Below, one piece after another: positions 39,401-54,400 of a DNA stretch of 64,000 nt. Position numbers and translations under genes: made by a program. The notes beneath the pieces were generated by a model, which made no database searches, was not told the DNA's origin, and was given only the letters and a program-made list of their open reading frames with translations. The stretch's first letter is position 1. Each line of letters begins with the position of its first letter. This DNA is from the human T2T-CHM13v2.0 reference genome, Homo sapiens: assembly GCF_009914755.1 (NCBI RefSeq), contig NC_060933.1; one strand, given 5' to 3'.

Positions 39401-42400
39401 ATATCTTCATATAAAATCTAGACGGAGGCATTCTCAGAAAGTGCTTTGTGATGTTTGCATTCAAGTCACAGAGTTGAATATTCCCTTTTATAGAGCAGGT
39501 TTGAAACACTCTTTCTGCACTACCTGGAAGTGGACATTTGGAGCGCTTTGAGGCCTATGTTGAAAAAGGAAATATCTTCCCATAAAAACTAGACAGAAGC
39601 ATTCTCAGAAACTTGTTTGTGATGTGTGTATTCAACTAACAGAGATGAACCTTTCTTTTTACAGAGCAGTTTTGAAACACTCTTTTTGTGGAATCTGAAA
39701 GTGGATATTTGGATAGCTTTGAGGATTTCGTTGGAAAAGGGATTACATATAAAATCTAGGGAGAAGCATTCTCAGGAACTTCTTTGTGATGTTTGCATTC
39801 AAGTCACAGAACTGAACATTCCCTTTCATAGAGCAGGTTTGAAACACTCTTTCTGTGGTATCTGCAAGCGGACGTTTCAAGCGCCTTCAGGCCTGTGGTG
39901 AAAAAGGAAATATCTTCAAATAAAAACTAGACAGAAGCATTCTCAGAAACTTATTTGCGATGTGTGTTCTCAACTAACGGAGTTGAACCTTTGTTTTGAT
40001 ACAGCATTTTGGAAACACTCTTTTTGTTGGATCTGCAGGTGGATATTTGGATAGCTTTGAAGGTTTCGTTGGAAACGGGAATATCTTCATATAAAATCAA
40101 CACAGAAGCATTCTCAGAACCTTCTCTGTGATGTTTGCATTCAACTCATAGAGTTGAACACTTCCTTTCATAGAGCTGGTTTGAAATACACTTTTTGTAA
40201 TATTTGGAAGTGGACATTGGCAGCGATTTGAAGCTTATGGTGAAAAAGGAGATATCTTCTCCTAAAAACCAGACAGAAGCATTCTCAGAATCTTTCTTGT
40301 GATGTGTGTACTCAAGTAACAGAGTTGAACCTTCCTTTTGACAGAGCAGTTTTGAAGCACTCTTTTTGTAGAATCTGCAAGTGGATATTTTGATACCTTT
40401 GAGGATTTCGTTGGACACGGGATATCTTCATATAAAATCTAGACAGAAGCATTCTCAGAAACTTCTTTGTGCTGTATGTCCTCAATTAACAGAGTTGAAC
40501 CTTTGTTTCGATACAGCATTTTGGAAACATTCCTTTAGTAGAATCTGCAAGTTGAAATTTAGATAGCTAGGAAGATTTCCTTGGAAACGGGAATATCTTC
40601 ATATAAAATCTAGACGGAAGCATTCTCAGAAACTGCTTTGTGATGTTTTCATTCAAGTCACAGAGTAGAATGTTCCGTTATATACCAGCTTTGAGACACT
40701 CTTTCTGCACTACCTGGAAGTGGACATTTGGAGCGCTTTGAGGCCTATGTTGAAAAAGGAAATATCTTCCCATAAAAACTAGACAGAAGCATTCTCAGAA
40801 GCTTGTTTGTGATGTGTGTATTCAACTAACAGAGATGAACCTTTCTTTTTACAGAGCAGTTTTGAAACACTCTTTTTGTGGAATCTGAAAGTGGATATTT
40901 GGATAGCTTTGAGGATTTCGTTGGAAACGGGATTACATATAAAACCTAGAGAGAAGCATTCTCAGGAACTTCTTTGTGATGTTTGCATTCAAGTCACAGA
41001 CCTGAACATTCCCTTACATAGAGCATGTTTGAAACACTCTTTCTGTAGTATCTGCAAGCTGACGTTTCAAGCGCTTTCAGGCCTGTGGTGAGAAAGGAAA
41101 TATCTTCAAGTAAAAAATAGACAGAAGCATTCTCAGAAACTTATTTGCCATGTGTGTTCTCAACTAACAGAGTTGAACCTTTGTTTTGATACGGCATTTT
41201 GGAAACACTCTTTTTGTAGAATCTGCAAGTGGATATTCGGATAGCTTTGAAGGTTTCGTTGGAAACGGGAATATCTTCATATAAAATCTAGACGGAAGCA
41301 TTCTCAGAAACTGCTTTGTGATGTTTCATTCAAGTCACAGAGTAGAATGTTCCCTTTTATAGAGCAGGTTTGAGACACTCTTTCTGCACTACCTGGAAGT
41401 GGACATTTGGAGCGCTTTGAGGCCTATGTTGAAAAAGGAAATATCTTCCCATAAACACTAGACAGAAGCATTCTCAGAAACTTGTTTGTGATGTGTGTAT
41501 TCAACTAACAGAGATGAACCTTTCTTTTTACAGAGCAGTTTTGAAACACTCTTTTTGTGGAATCTGAAAGTGGATATTTGGATAGCTTTGAGGATTTCGT
41601 TGGAAACGGGATTACATATAAAATCTAGGGAGAAGCATTCTCAGGAACTTCTTTGTGATGTTTGCATTCAAGTCACAGAACTGAACATTCCCTTTCATAG
41701 AGCAGGTTTGAAACACTCTTTCTGTAGTATCTGCAACCGGACGTTTCAAGCGCTTTCAGGCCTGTGGTGAAAAAGGAAATATCTTCAAATAAAAACTAGA
41801 CAGAAGCATTCTCAGAAACTTATTTGCGATGTGTGTTCTCAACTAACAGAGTTGAACCTTTGTTTTGATACAGCATTTTGGAAACACTCTTTTTGTAGGA
41901 TCTGCAGGTGGATATTTGGATAGCTTTGAAGGTTTCGTTGGAAACGGGAATATCTTCATATAAAATCAAGACAGAAGCATTCTCAGAAACTTCTTTGTGA
42001 TGTTTGCATTCAACTCATAGAGTTGAACACTTCCCTTCATACAGCAGGTTTGAAACACTCTTTTTGTAATATTTGGAAGTGGCCATTTGCAGCGCTTTGA
42101 GGCCTATGTTGAAAAAGGGAATATCTTCTACTAAAAACCAGACAGAAGCATTCTCAGAAACTTCCTTGTGATGTGTGTACTCAAGTAACAGAGTTGAACC
42201 TTACTTTTGACAGACCCGTTTTGAAAGAGTCTTTTTGTAGAATCTGGACGTAGATATTTGGATACCTTTGAGGATTTCTTTGGAAACGGGATATCTTCAT
42301 ATAAAATCTAGACAGAAGCATTCTCAGAAACTTCTTTGTGCTGTATGTCCTCAATTAACAGAGTTGAACCTTTGTGTGGATACAGCATTTTGGAAACATT

Positions 42401-45400
42401 CCTTTAGTAGAATCTGCAAGTTGATATTTAGATAGCTAGGAAGATTTCCTTGGAAACGGGAATATCTTCATATAAAATCTAGGCGGAAGCATTCTGAGAA
42501 ACTGCTTTGTGAAGTCTTCATTCAAGTCACAGAGTAGAATGTTCCCTTTTATAGAGCAGGTTTGAAACACTCTGTGCACTACCTGGAAGTGGACATTTGG
42601 AACGCTTTGAGGCCTATGTTGAAAAAGGAAATATCTTCCCATAAAAACTAGACAGAAGCATTCTCAGAAACTTATTTGTGATGTGTATATTCAACTAACA
42701 GAGATGAACCTTTGTTTTTACAGAGCAGTTTTGAAACACTCTTTTTGTGGAATCTGAAAGTGGATATTTGGATAGCTTTGAGGATTTCGTTGGAAACGGG
42801 ATTACATATAAAATCTAGGGAGAAGCATTCTCAGGAACTTCTTTGTGAAGTTTGCATTCAAGTCACAGAACTGAACATTCCCTTTCATAGAGCAGGTTTG
42901 AAACACTCTTTCTGCAGTATCTGCTAGCGGACGTTTCAAGCGCCTTCAGGACTGTGGTGAAAAAGGAAATATCTTCAAATAAAAACTAGACAGAAGCATT
43001 CTCAGAAACTTATTGGCGATGTGTGTCCTCAACTAACAGAGTTGAACCTTTGTTTTGATACAACATTTTGGAAGCACTCTTTTTGTAGAATCTGCAAGTG
43101 GATATTTGGATAGCTTTGAAGGTTTCGTTGGAAACGGGAATATCTTCATATAAAATCAAGACAGAAGCATGCTCAGAAACTTCTCTGTGATGTTTGCATT
43201 CAACTCATAGAGGTGAACACTTCCCTTCATAGAGCAGGTTAGAAACACTCTTTTTGTAATATTTGGAAGTGGACATTTGCAGCGCTTTGAGGCCTATGTT
43301 GAAAAAGGAAATATCTTCTCCTAAAAACCAGACAGAAGCATTCTCAGAAACTTCCTTCTGATGTGTGTACTCAAGTAACAGAGTTGAACCTTCCTTTTGC
43401 CAGAGCAGTTTTGAAGCACTCTTTTTGTAGAATCTGCAAGTGGATATTTTGATACCTTTGAGGATTTCGTTGGACATGGGATATCTTCATATAAAATCTA
43501 GACAGAAGCATTCGCAGACACTTCTTTGTGCTGTATATCCTCAATTAACAGAGTTGAACCTTTGTTTCGATACGGCATTTTGGAAACATTCCTTTAGTAG
43601 AATCTGCAAGTTCATATTTAGATAGCTAGGAAGATTTCCTTGCAAACGGGAATATCTTCATATAAAATCTAGACGGAAGCATTCTCAGAAAGTGCTTTGT
43701 GATGTTTGCATTCAAGTCACAGAGTTGAATATTCCCTTTTATAGAGCAGGTTTGAAACACTCTTTCTGCACTACCTGGAAGTGGACATTTGGAGCGCTTT
43801 GAGGCCTATGTTGAAAAAGGAAATATCTTCCCATAAAAACTAGACAGAAGCATTCTCAGAAACTTGTTTGTGATGTGTGTATTCAACTAACAGAGATGAA
43901 CCTTTCTTTTTACAGAGCAGTTTTGAAACACTCTTTTTGTGGAATCTGAAAGTGGATATTTGGATAGCTTTGAGGATTTCGTTGGAAACGGGATTACATA
44001 TAAAATCTAGAGATTAGCACTCTCAGGAATTTTTTTGTGATGTTTGCATTCTCGTCACAGAACTGAACATTCCCTTTCATAGAGCAGGTTTGAAACACTC
44101 TTTCTGTAGTATCTGCAAACGGACATTCCAAGCGCTTTCAGGCCTATGGTGAGAAAGGAAATATCTTCAAATAAAAACCAGACAGAAGCATTCTCAGAAA
44201 CTTATTTGCGATGTGTGTCCTCAACTAACAGAGTTGAACCTTTCTATTGATACAACATTTTGGAAACACTCTTTTTGTAGAATCTGCAGGTGGATATTCG
44301 GATAGCTTTTAAGGTTTCGTTGGAAACGGGAATATCTTCATATAAAATCAAGACAGAAGCATTCTCAGAAACTTCTCTGTGATGTTTGCATTCAACTCAT
44401 AGAGTTGAACACTTCCCTTCATACAGCAGGTTTGAAACACTCTTTTTGTAATATTTGGAAGTGGACATTTGCAGGGCTTTGAGGCCTATGTTGAAAAAGG
44501 AAATATCTTCTCCTAAAAACCAGACAGAAGCATTCTCAGAAACTTCCTTGTGATGTGTGTACTCAAGTAACAGATTGAACCTTACTTTTGACAGAGCTGT
44601 TTTGAAACAGTCTTTTTGTAGAATCTGGAAGTAGATATTTGGATACCTTTGAGGATTTCTTTGGAAACGGGATATCTTCATATAAAATCTACACAGAAGC
44701 ATTCTCAGACACTTCTTTGTGCTGTATGTCCTCAACTAACAGAGTTGAACCTTTGTTTTGATACGGCATTTTGGAAACACTCTTTTTGTAGAATGTGCAA
44801 GTTGATATTTAGATAGCTAGGAAGATTTCCTTGGAAACGGGAATATCTTCATATAAAATCTAGACGGAAGCATTCTCCGAAAGTGCTTTCTGATGTTTGC
44901 ATTCAAGTCACAGAGTTGAATATTCCCTTTTATAGAGCAGGTTTGAAACACTCTTTCTGCACTACCTGGAAGTGGACATTTGGAGCGCTTTGAGGCCTAT
45001 GTTGAAAAAGGAAATATCTTCCCATAAAAACTAGACAGAAGCATTCTCAGAAACTTGTTTGTGATGTGTGTATTCAACTAACAGAGATGAACCTTTCTTT
45101 TTACAGAGCAGTTTTGAAACACTCTTTTTGTGGAATCTGAATGTGGATATTTGGATAGCTTTGAGGATTTCGTTGGAAACGGGATTACATATAAAACCTA
45201 GAGAGAAGCATTCTCAGGAACTTCTTTGTGATGTTTGCATTCAAGTCACAGAACTGAACATTCCCTTTCATAGAGCATGTTTGTAACACTCTTTCTGTAG
45301 TATCTGCAAGCTGACGTTTCAAGCGCTTTCAGGCCTATGGTGAGAAAGGAAATATCTTCAAGTAAAAACTAGACAGAAGCATTCTCAGAAACTTATTTGC

Positions 45401-48400
45401 CATGTGTGTCCTCAACTAACAGAGTTGAACCTTTGTTTTGATACAACATTTTGGAACCACTCTTTTTGTAGAATCTGCAAATGGATATTTGGATAGCTTT
45501 GAAGGTTTCGTTGGAAACGGGAATATCTTCATATAAAATCAAGACAGAAGCATTTTCAGAAACTTCTCTGTGATGTTTGCATTCAACTCATAGAGGTGAA
45601 CACTTCCCTTCATAGAGCAGGTTTGAAACACTCTTTTTGTAATATTTGGAAGTGGACATTTGCAGCGCTTTGAGGCCTATGTTGAAAAAGGAAATATCTT
45701 CTCCTGAAAACCAGACAGAAGCATTCTCAGAAACTTCCTTGTGATGTGTGTACTCAAGTAACAGAGTTCAACCTTACTTTTGACAGAGCAGTTTTGAAAC
45801 AGTCTTTTTGTAGAATCTAGAAGTAGATATTTGGATACCTTTGAGGATTTCTTTGGAAACGGGATATCTTCATATAAAATCTAGACAGAAGCATTCTCAG
45901 AAACTTCTTTGTGCTGTATGTCCTCAATTAACAGAGTTGAACCTTTGTGTGGATAAAGCATTTTGGAAACATTCCTTTAGTAGAATCTGCAAGTTGATAT
46001 TTAGATAGCTAGGAAGATTTCCTTGGAAATGGGAATATCTTCATATAAAATCTAGAGGGAAGCATTCTCAGAAAGTGCTTTGTGATGTTTGCATTCAAGT
46101 CACAGAGTTGAATATTCCCTTTTATAGAGCACGTTTGAAACACTCTTTCTGCACTACCTGGAAGTGGACATTTGGAGCGCTTTGAGGCCTATGTTGAAAA
46201 AGGAAATATCTTCCCATAAAAACTAGAGAGAAGCATTCTCAGAAACTTGTTTGTGATGTGTGTATTCAACTAACAGAGATGAACCTTTCTTTTTACAGAG
46301 CAGTTTTGAAACACTCTTTTTGTGGAATCTGAAAGTGGATATTTGGATAGCTTTGAGGATTTCGTTGGAAACGGGATTACATATAAAACCTAGAGAGAAG
46401 CATTCTCAGGAACTTCTTTGTGATGTTTGCATTCAAGTCACAGAACTGAACATTCCCTTTCATAGAGCAGGTTTGAAACACTCTTTCTGTAGTATCTGCA
46501 AGCTGACGTTTCAAGCGCTTTCAGGCCTATGGTGAGAAAGGAAATATCTTCAAGTAAAAACTAGACAGAAGCATTCTCAGAAACTTATTTGCCATGTGTG
46601 TTCTCAACTAGCAGAGTTGAACCTTTGTTTTAATACGGCATTTTGGAAACACTCTTTTTGTAGAATCTGCAGGTGGATATTCGGATAGCTTTGAAGGTTT
46701 CGTTGGAAACGGGAATATCTTCATATAAAATCTAGACGGAAGCATTCTCAGAAACTGCTTTGTGATGTTTTCATTCAAGTCACAGAGTAGAATGTTCCCT
46801 GTTATATACCAGGTTTGAGACACTCTTTCTACACTACCTGGAAGTGGACATTTGGAGCGCTTTGAGGCCTATGATGAAAAAGGAATTATCTTCCCATAAA
46901 AACTAGACAGAAGCATTCTCAGAAACTTGTTTGTGATGTGTGTATTCAACTAACAGAGATGAACCTTTCTTTTTACAGAGCAGTTTTGAAACACTCTTTT
47001 TGTGGAATCTGAAAGTGGATATTTGGATAGCTTTGAGGATTTCGTTGGAAACGGGATTACATATAAAATCTAGAGAGAAGCATTCTCAAGAACTTCTTCG
47101 TGATGTTTGCATTCACGTCACAGAACTGATCATTCCCTTTCATAGAGCATGTTTGAAACACTCTTTCTGTAGTGTCTGCAAACGGACATTTCAAACGCTT
47201 TCAGGCCTATGGTGAGAAAGGAAATATCTTCAAATAAAAACTAGACAGAAGCATTCTCAGAAACTTATTTGCGATGTGTGTCCTCAACTAACAGAGTTGA
47301 ACCTTTGTTTTGATACAACATTTTGGAAGCACTCTTTTTGTAGAATCTGCAAGTGGATATTTGGATAGCTTTGAAGGTTTCGTTGGAAACGGGAATATCT
47401 TCATATAAAATCAAGACAGAAGCATGCTCAGAAACTTCTCTGTGATGTTTGCATTCAACTCATAGAGGTGAACACTTCCCTTCATAGAGCAGGTTAGAAA
47501 CACTCTTTTTGTAATATTTGGAAGTGGACATTTGCAGCGCTTTGAGGCCTATGTTGAAAAAGGAAATATCTTCTCCTAAAAACCAGACAGAAGCATTCTC
47601 AGAAACTTCCTTCTGATGTGTGTACTCAAGTAACAGAGTTGAACCTTCATTTGCCAGAGCAGTTTTGAAGCACTCTTTTTGTAGAATCTGCAAGTGGATA
47701 TTTTGATACCTTTGAGGATTTCGTTGGACATGGGATATCTTCATATAAAATCTAGACAGAAGCATTCGCAGACACTTCTTTGTGCTGTATATCCTCAATT
47801 AACAGAGTTGAACCTTTGTTTCGATACGGCATTTTGGAAACATTCCTTTAGTAGAATCTGCAAGTTCATATTTAGATAGCTAGGAAGATTTCCTTGCAAA
47901 CGGGAATATCTTCATATAAAATCTAGACGGAAGCATTCTCAGAAAGTGCTTTGTGATGTTTGCATTCAAGTCACAGAGTTGAATATTCCCTTTTATAGAG
48001 CAGGTTTGAAACACTCTTTCTGCACTACCTGGAAGTGGACATTTGGAGCGCTTTGAGGCCTATGTTGAAAAAGGAAATATCTTCCCATAAAAACTAGACA
48101 GAAGCATTCTCAGAAACTTGTTTGTGATGTGTGTATTCAACTAACAGAGATGAACCTTTCTTTTTACAGAGCAGTTTTGAAACACTCTTTTTGTGGAATC
48201 TGAAAGTGGATATTTGGATAGCTTTGAGGATTTCGTTGGAAACGGGATTACATATAAAATCTAGAGAGAAGCATTCTCAGGAACTTCTTTGTGATGTTTT
48301 CATTCACGTCACAGAACTGAACATTCCCTTTCATAGAGCATGTTTGAAACACTCTTTCTGTAGTATCTGCAAACGGACATTACAAGCGCTTTCAGGCCTA

Positions 48401-51400
48401 TGGTGAGAAAGGAAATATCTTCAAATAAAAACTAGACAGAAGCATTCTCAGAAACTTATTTGCGATGTGTGTCCTCAACTAACAGAGTTGAACCTTTATT
48501 TTGATACAACATTTTGGAAACACTCTTTTTGTAGAATCTGCAAGTGGATATTTGGATAGCTTTGAAGATTTCGTTGGAAACGGGAATATCTTCATATAAA
48601 ATCAAGACAGAAGCATTCTCAGAAACTTCTCTGTGATGTTTGCATTCAACTCATAGAGTTGAACACTTCCCTTCATACAGCAGGTTTGAAACACTCTTTT
48701 TGTAATATTTGGAAGTGGACATTTGCAGCGCTTTGAGGCCTATGTTGAAAAAGGAAATATCTTCTCCTAAAAACCAGACAGAAACATTCTCAGAAACTTC
48801 CTTGTGATGTGTGTACTCAAGTAACAGAGTTGAACCTTACTTTTGACAGAGCCGTTTTGAAACAGTCTTTTTGTAGAATCTGGAAGTAGATATTTGGATA
48901 CCTTTGAGGATTTCTTTGGAAACGGGATGTCTTCATATAACATCTAGACAGAAGCATTCTCAGAAACTTCTTTGTGCTGTATGTCCTCAATTAACAGAGT
49001 TGAACCTTTGTGTGGATACAGCATTTTGGAAAAACTCCTTTAGTAGAATCTGCAAGTTGATATTTAGATAGCTAGGAAGATTTCCTTGGAAACGGGAATA
49101 TATTCACATAAAATCTAGACGGAAGCATTCTCAGAAACTGCTTTGTGATGTCTTCATTCAAGTCACAGAGCAGAATGTTCCCTTTTATAGAGCAGGTTTG
49201 AAACACTCAGTGCACTACCTGGAAGTGGACATTTGGAGCGCTTTGAGGCCTATGTTGAAAAAGGAAATATCTTCCCATAGAAACTAGACAGAAGCATTCT
49301 CAGAAACTTGTTTGTGATGTGTGTATTCAACTGAGATGAACCTTTCTTTTTACAGAGCAGTTTTGAAACACTCTTTTTGTGGAATCTGAAAGTGGATATT
49401 TGGATAGCTTTGAGGATTTCGTTGGAAACGGGATTACATATAAAATCTAGGGAGAAGCATTCTCAGGAACTTCTATTTGATGTTTGCATTCAAGTCACAG
49501 AACTGAAAATTCCCTTTCATAGAGCAGGTTTGAAACACTCTTTCTGTAGTATCTGCAAGCGGACGTTTCAAGCGCTTTCAGGCCTGTGGTGAAAAAGGAA
49601 ATATCTTCAAATAAAAACTAGACAGAATCATTCTCAGAAACTTATTTGCGATGTGTGTTCTCAACTAACAGAGTTGAACCTTTGTTTTGATACAGCATTT
49701 TGGAAACACTCTTTTTGTAGGATCTGCAGGTGGATATTTGGATAGCTTTGATGGTTTCGTTGGAAACGGGAATATCCTCATATAAAATCAAGACAGAAGC
49801 ATTCTCAGAAACTTCTATGTGATGTTTGCCTTCAACTCATAGAGTTGAACACTTCCTTTCATAGAGCAGGTTTGAAACACTCTGTGCACTACCTGGAAGT
49901 GGACATTTTAAGCGCTTTGAGACCTATGTTGAAAAAGGAATTATCTTCCCATAAAAACTAGACAGAAGCATACTCAGAAACTTGTTTGTGATGTGTGTAT
50001 TCAACTAACAGAGATGAAACTTTCTTTTTACAGAGCAGTTTTGAAACACTCTTTTTGTGGAATCTGAAAGTGGATATTTGGATAGCTTTGAAGATTTCGT
50101 TGGAAACGGGATTACATATAAAATCTAGGGAGATGCATTCTCAGGAACTCCTTTGTGATGTTTGCATTCAAGTCACAGAACTGAACATTCCCTTTCATAG
50201 AGCAGGTTTGAAACACTCTTTCTGTAGTATCTGCAAGCGGACGTTTCAAGCGCTTTCAGGCCTGTGGTGAAAAAGGAAATATCTTCAAATAAAAACTAGA
50301 CAGAAGCATTCTCAGAAACTTATTTGCGATGTGTGTTCTCAACTAACAGAGTTGAACCTTTGTTTTGATACAGCATTTTGGAAACACTCTTTTTGTAGGA
50401 TCTGCAGGTGGATATTTGGATAGGTTTGAAGGTTTCGTTGGAAACGGGAATATCTTCATATAAAATCAACACAGAAGCATTCTCAGAAACTTCTCTGTGA
50501 TGTTTGCATTCAACTCATAGAGTTGAACACTTCCTTTCATAGAGCTGGTTTGAAATACTCTTTTTGTAATATTTGGAAGTGGACATTGGCAGCGCTTTGA
50601 AGCCTATGGTGAAAAAGGAGATATCTTCTCCTAAAAACCAGACAGAAGCATTCTCAGAATCTTTCTTGTGATGTGTGTACTCAAGTAACAGAGTTGAACC
50701 TTCATTTTGACAGAGCAGTTTTGAAGCACTCTTTTTGTAGAATCTGCAAGTGGATATTTTGATACCTTTGAGGATTTCGTTAGACATGGGATATCTTCAT
50801 ATAAAATCTAGACAGAAGCATTCTCAGAAACTTATTTGTGCTGTATGTCCTCAATTAACAGAGTTGAACCTTTGTGTGGATACAGCATTTTGGAAACATT
50901 CCTTTAGTAGAATCTGCAAGTTGATATTTAGATAGCTAGGAAGATTTCCTTGGAAACGGGAATATCTTCATATAAAATCTAGACGGAAGCATTCTCAGAA
51001 AGTGCTTTGTGATGTTTGCATTCAAGTCACAGAGTTGAATATTCCCTTTTATAGAGCAGGTTTGAAACACTCTTTCTGCACTACCTGGAAGTGGACATTT
51101 GGAGCGCTTTGAGGCCTATGTTGAAAAAGGAAATATCTTCCCATAAAAACTAGACAGAAGCATTCTCAGAAACTTGTTTGTGATGTGTGTATTCAACTAA
51201 CAGAGATGAACCTTTCTTTTTACAGAGCAGTTTTGAAACACTCTTTTTGTGGAATCTGAAAGTGGATATTTGGTTAGCTTTGAGGATTTCGTTGGAAACG
51301 GGATTACATATAAAATCTAGAGAGAAGCATTCTCAGGAACTTCTTTGTGATGTTTGCATTCACGTCACAGAACTGAACATTCCCTTTCATAGAGCATGTT

Positions 51401-54400
51401 TGAAACACTCTTTCTGTAGTATCTGCAAAGGGACATTTCAAACGCTTTCAGGCCTATGGTGAGAAAGGAAATATCTTCAAATAAAAACTAGACAGAAGCA
51501 TTCTCAGAAACTTATTTGCGATGTGTGTCCTCAACTAACAGAGTTGAACCTTTCTTTTGATACAACATTTTGGAAACACTCTTTTTGTAGAATCTGCAAG
51601 TGGATATTTGGATAGCTTTGAAGGTTTCGTTGGAAACGGGAATATCTTCATATAAAATCAAGACAGAAGCATTCTCAGAAACTTCTCTGTGATGTTTGCA
51701 GTCAACTCATAGAGTTGAACACTTCCCTTCATACAGCAGGTTTGAAACACTCTTTTTGTAATATTTGGAAGTGGACATTTGCAGCGCTTTGAGGCCTATG
51801 TTGAAAAAGGAAATATCTTCTCCTAAAAACCAGACAGAAGCATTCTCAGAAACTTCCTTGTGATGTGTGTACTCAAGTAACAGAGTTGAACCTTACTTTT
51901 GACAGAGCCGTTTTGAAACAGTCTTTTTGTAGAATCTGGAAGTAGATATTTGGATACCTTTGAGGATTTCTTTGGAAACGGGATATCTTCATATAAAATC
52001 TAGACAGAAGCATTCTCAGAAACTTCTTTGTGCTGTATATCCTCAATTAACAGAGTTGAACCTTTGTGTGGATACAGCATTTTGGAAACACTCCTTTAGT
52101 AGAATCTGCAAGTTGATATTTAGATAGCTAGGAAGATTTCCTTGGAAACGGGAATATCTTCACATAAAATCTAGACGGAAGCATTCTCAGAAACTGCTTT
52201 GTGATGTCTTCATTCAAGTCACAGAGCAGAATGTTCCCTTTTATAGAGCAGGTTTGAAACACTCAGTGCACTACCTGGAAGTGGACATTTGGAGCGCTTT
52301 GAGGCCTATGTTGAAAAAGGAAATATCTTCCCATAGAAACTAGACAGAAGCATTCTCAGAAACTTGTTTGTGATGTGGTTATTCAACTGAGATGAACCTT
52401 TCTTTTTACAGAGCAGTTTTGAAACACTCTTTTTGTGGAATCTGAAAGTGGATATTTGGATAGCTTTGAGGATTTCGTTGGAAACGGGATTACATATAAA
52501 ATCTAGGGAGAAGCATTCTCAGGAACTTCTTTGTGATGTTTGCATTCAAGTCACAGAACTGAACATTCCCTTTCATAGAGCAGGTGTGAAACACTCTTTC
52601 TGTAGTATCTGCAAGCTGACGTTTCAAGCGCTTTCAGGCCTATGGTGAGAAAGGAAATATCTTCAAGTAAAAACTAGACAGAAACATTCTCAGAAACTTA
52701 TTTGCCATGTGTGTTCTCAACTAACAGAGTTGAACCTTTGTTTTGATACGGCATTTTGGAAACACTCTTTTTGTAGAATCTGCAGGTGGATATTCGAATA
52801 GCTTTGAAGGTTTCGTTGGAAACGGGAATATCTTCATATAAAATCTAGACGGAAGCATTCTCAGAAACTGCTTTGTAATGTTTTCATTCAAGTCACAGAG
52901 TAGAATGTTCCCTTTTATATACCAGGTTTGAGACACTCTTTCTGCACTACATGGAAGTGGACATTTGGAGCGCTTTGAGGCCTATGATGAAAAAGGAAAT
53001 ATCTTCCCATAAAAACTAGACAGAAGCATTCTCAGAAACTTGTTTGTGATGTGTGTATTCAACTAACAGAGATGAACCTTTCTTTTTACAGAGCAGTTTT
53101 GAAACACTCTTTTTGTGGAATCTGAAAGTGGATATGTGGATAGCTTTGACGATTTCGTTGGAAACGGGATTACATATAAAATCTAGAGAGAAGCATTCTC
53201 AGGAATTTCTTTGTGATGTTTGCATTCAAGTCACAGAACTGAACATTCCCTTTCATAGAGCATGTTTGAAACACTCTTTCTGTAGTATCTGCAAGCGGAC
53301 ATTTCAAGCGCTTTCAGGCCTATGGTGAGAAAGGAATTATCTTCAAATACAAACTAGACAGAAGCATTCTCAGAAACTTATTTGCGATGTGTGTCCTCAA
53401 CTAACAGAGTTGAACCTTTGTTTTGATACAACATTTTGCAAACACTCTTTTGGGAGAATCTGCAGGTGAATACTTGGATAGCTTTGAAGGTTTCTTTAGA
53501 AACGGGAATATCTTCATATAAAATCAAAACAGAAGCATTCTCAGAAACTTCTCTGTGATGTTTGCATTCAACTCATAGAGTTGAACACTTCCTTTCATAG
53601 AGCACGTTTGAAACACTCTTTGTGATATTCGGAAGTGGACTTTAGCACCGCTTTGAGGCCGATGGTGAAAAAGGTAATATCTTCTCCTAAAAACCAGACA
53701 GAAGCATTTTCAGAAACTTCCTTGTGATGAGTGTACTCAAATAACAGAGTTGAACCTTCCTTTTACAGAGCCGTTTTGAAACACTCTTTTTGTAGAATCT
53801 GCAAGTAGATATTTGGATACCTTTGAGGATTTCTTTGGAAACGGGATATCTTCATATAAAATCTAGACAGAAGCATTCTCAGAAACTTCTTCTTGCTGTG
53901 TGTCCTCCATTAACAGAGTTGAACCTTTGTGTGGATACAGCATTTTGGAAACATTCCTTTAGTAGAATCTGCAAGTTGATATTTAGATAGCTAGGAAGAT
54001 ATCCTTGGAAACGGGAATATCTTCATATAAAATCTAGACGGAAGCATTCTCAGAAACTGCTTTGTGATGTCTTCATTCAAGTCACAGAGTAGAATGTTCC
54101 CTTTTATAGAGCAGGTTTGAAACACTCTGTGCACTACGTGGAAGTGGACATTGGGAGCGCTTTGAGGCCTATGTTGAAAAAGGAAATATCTTCCCATAAA
54201 AACTAGACAGAAGCATTCTCAGAAACTTGTTTGTGATGTGTGTATTCAACTAACAGAGATGAACCTTTCTTTTTACAGAGCAGTTTTGAAACACTCTTTT
54301 TGTGGAATCTGAAAGTGGATATTTGGATAGCTTTGAGGGTTTCGTTGGAAACGGGATTACATATAAAATCTAGGGAGAAGCATTCTCAGGAACTTCTTTG

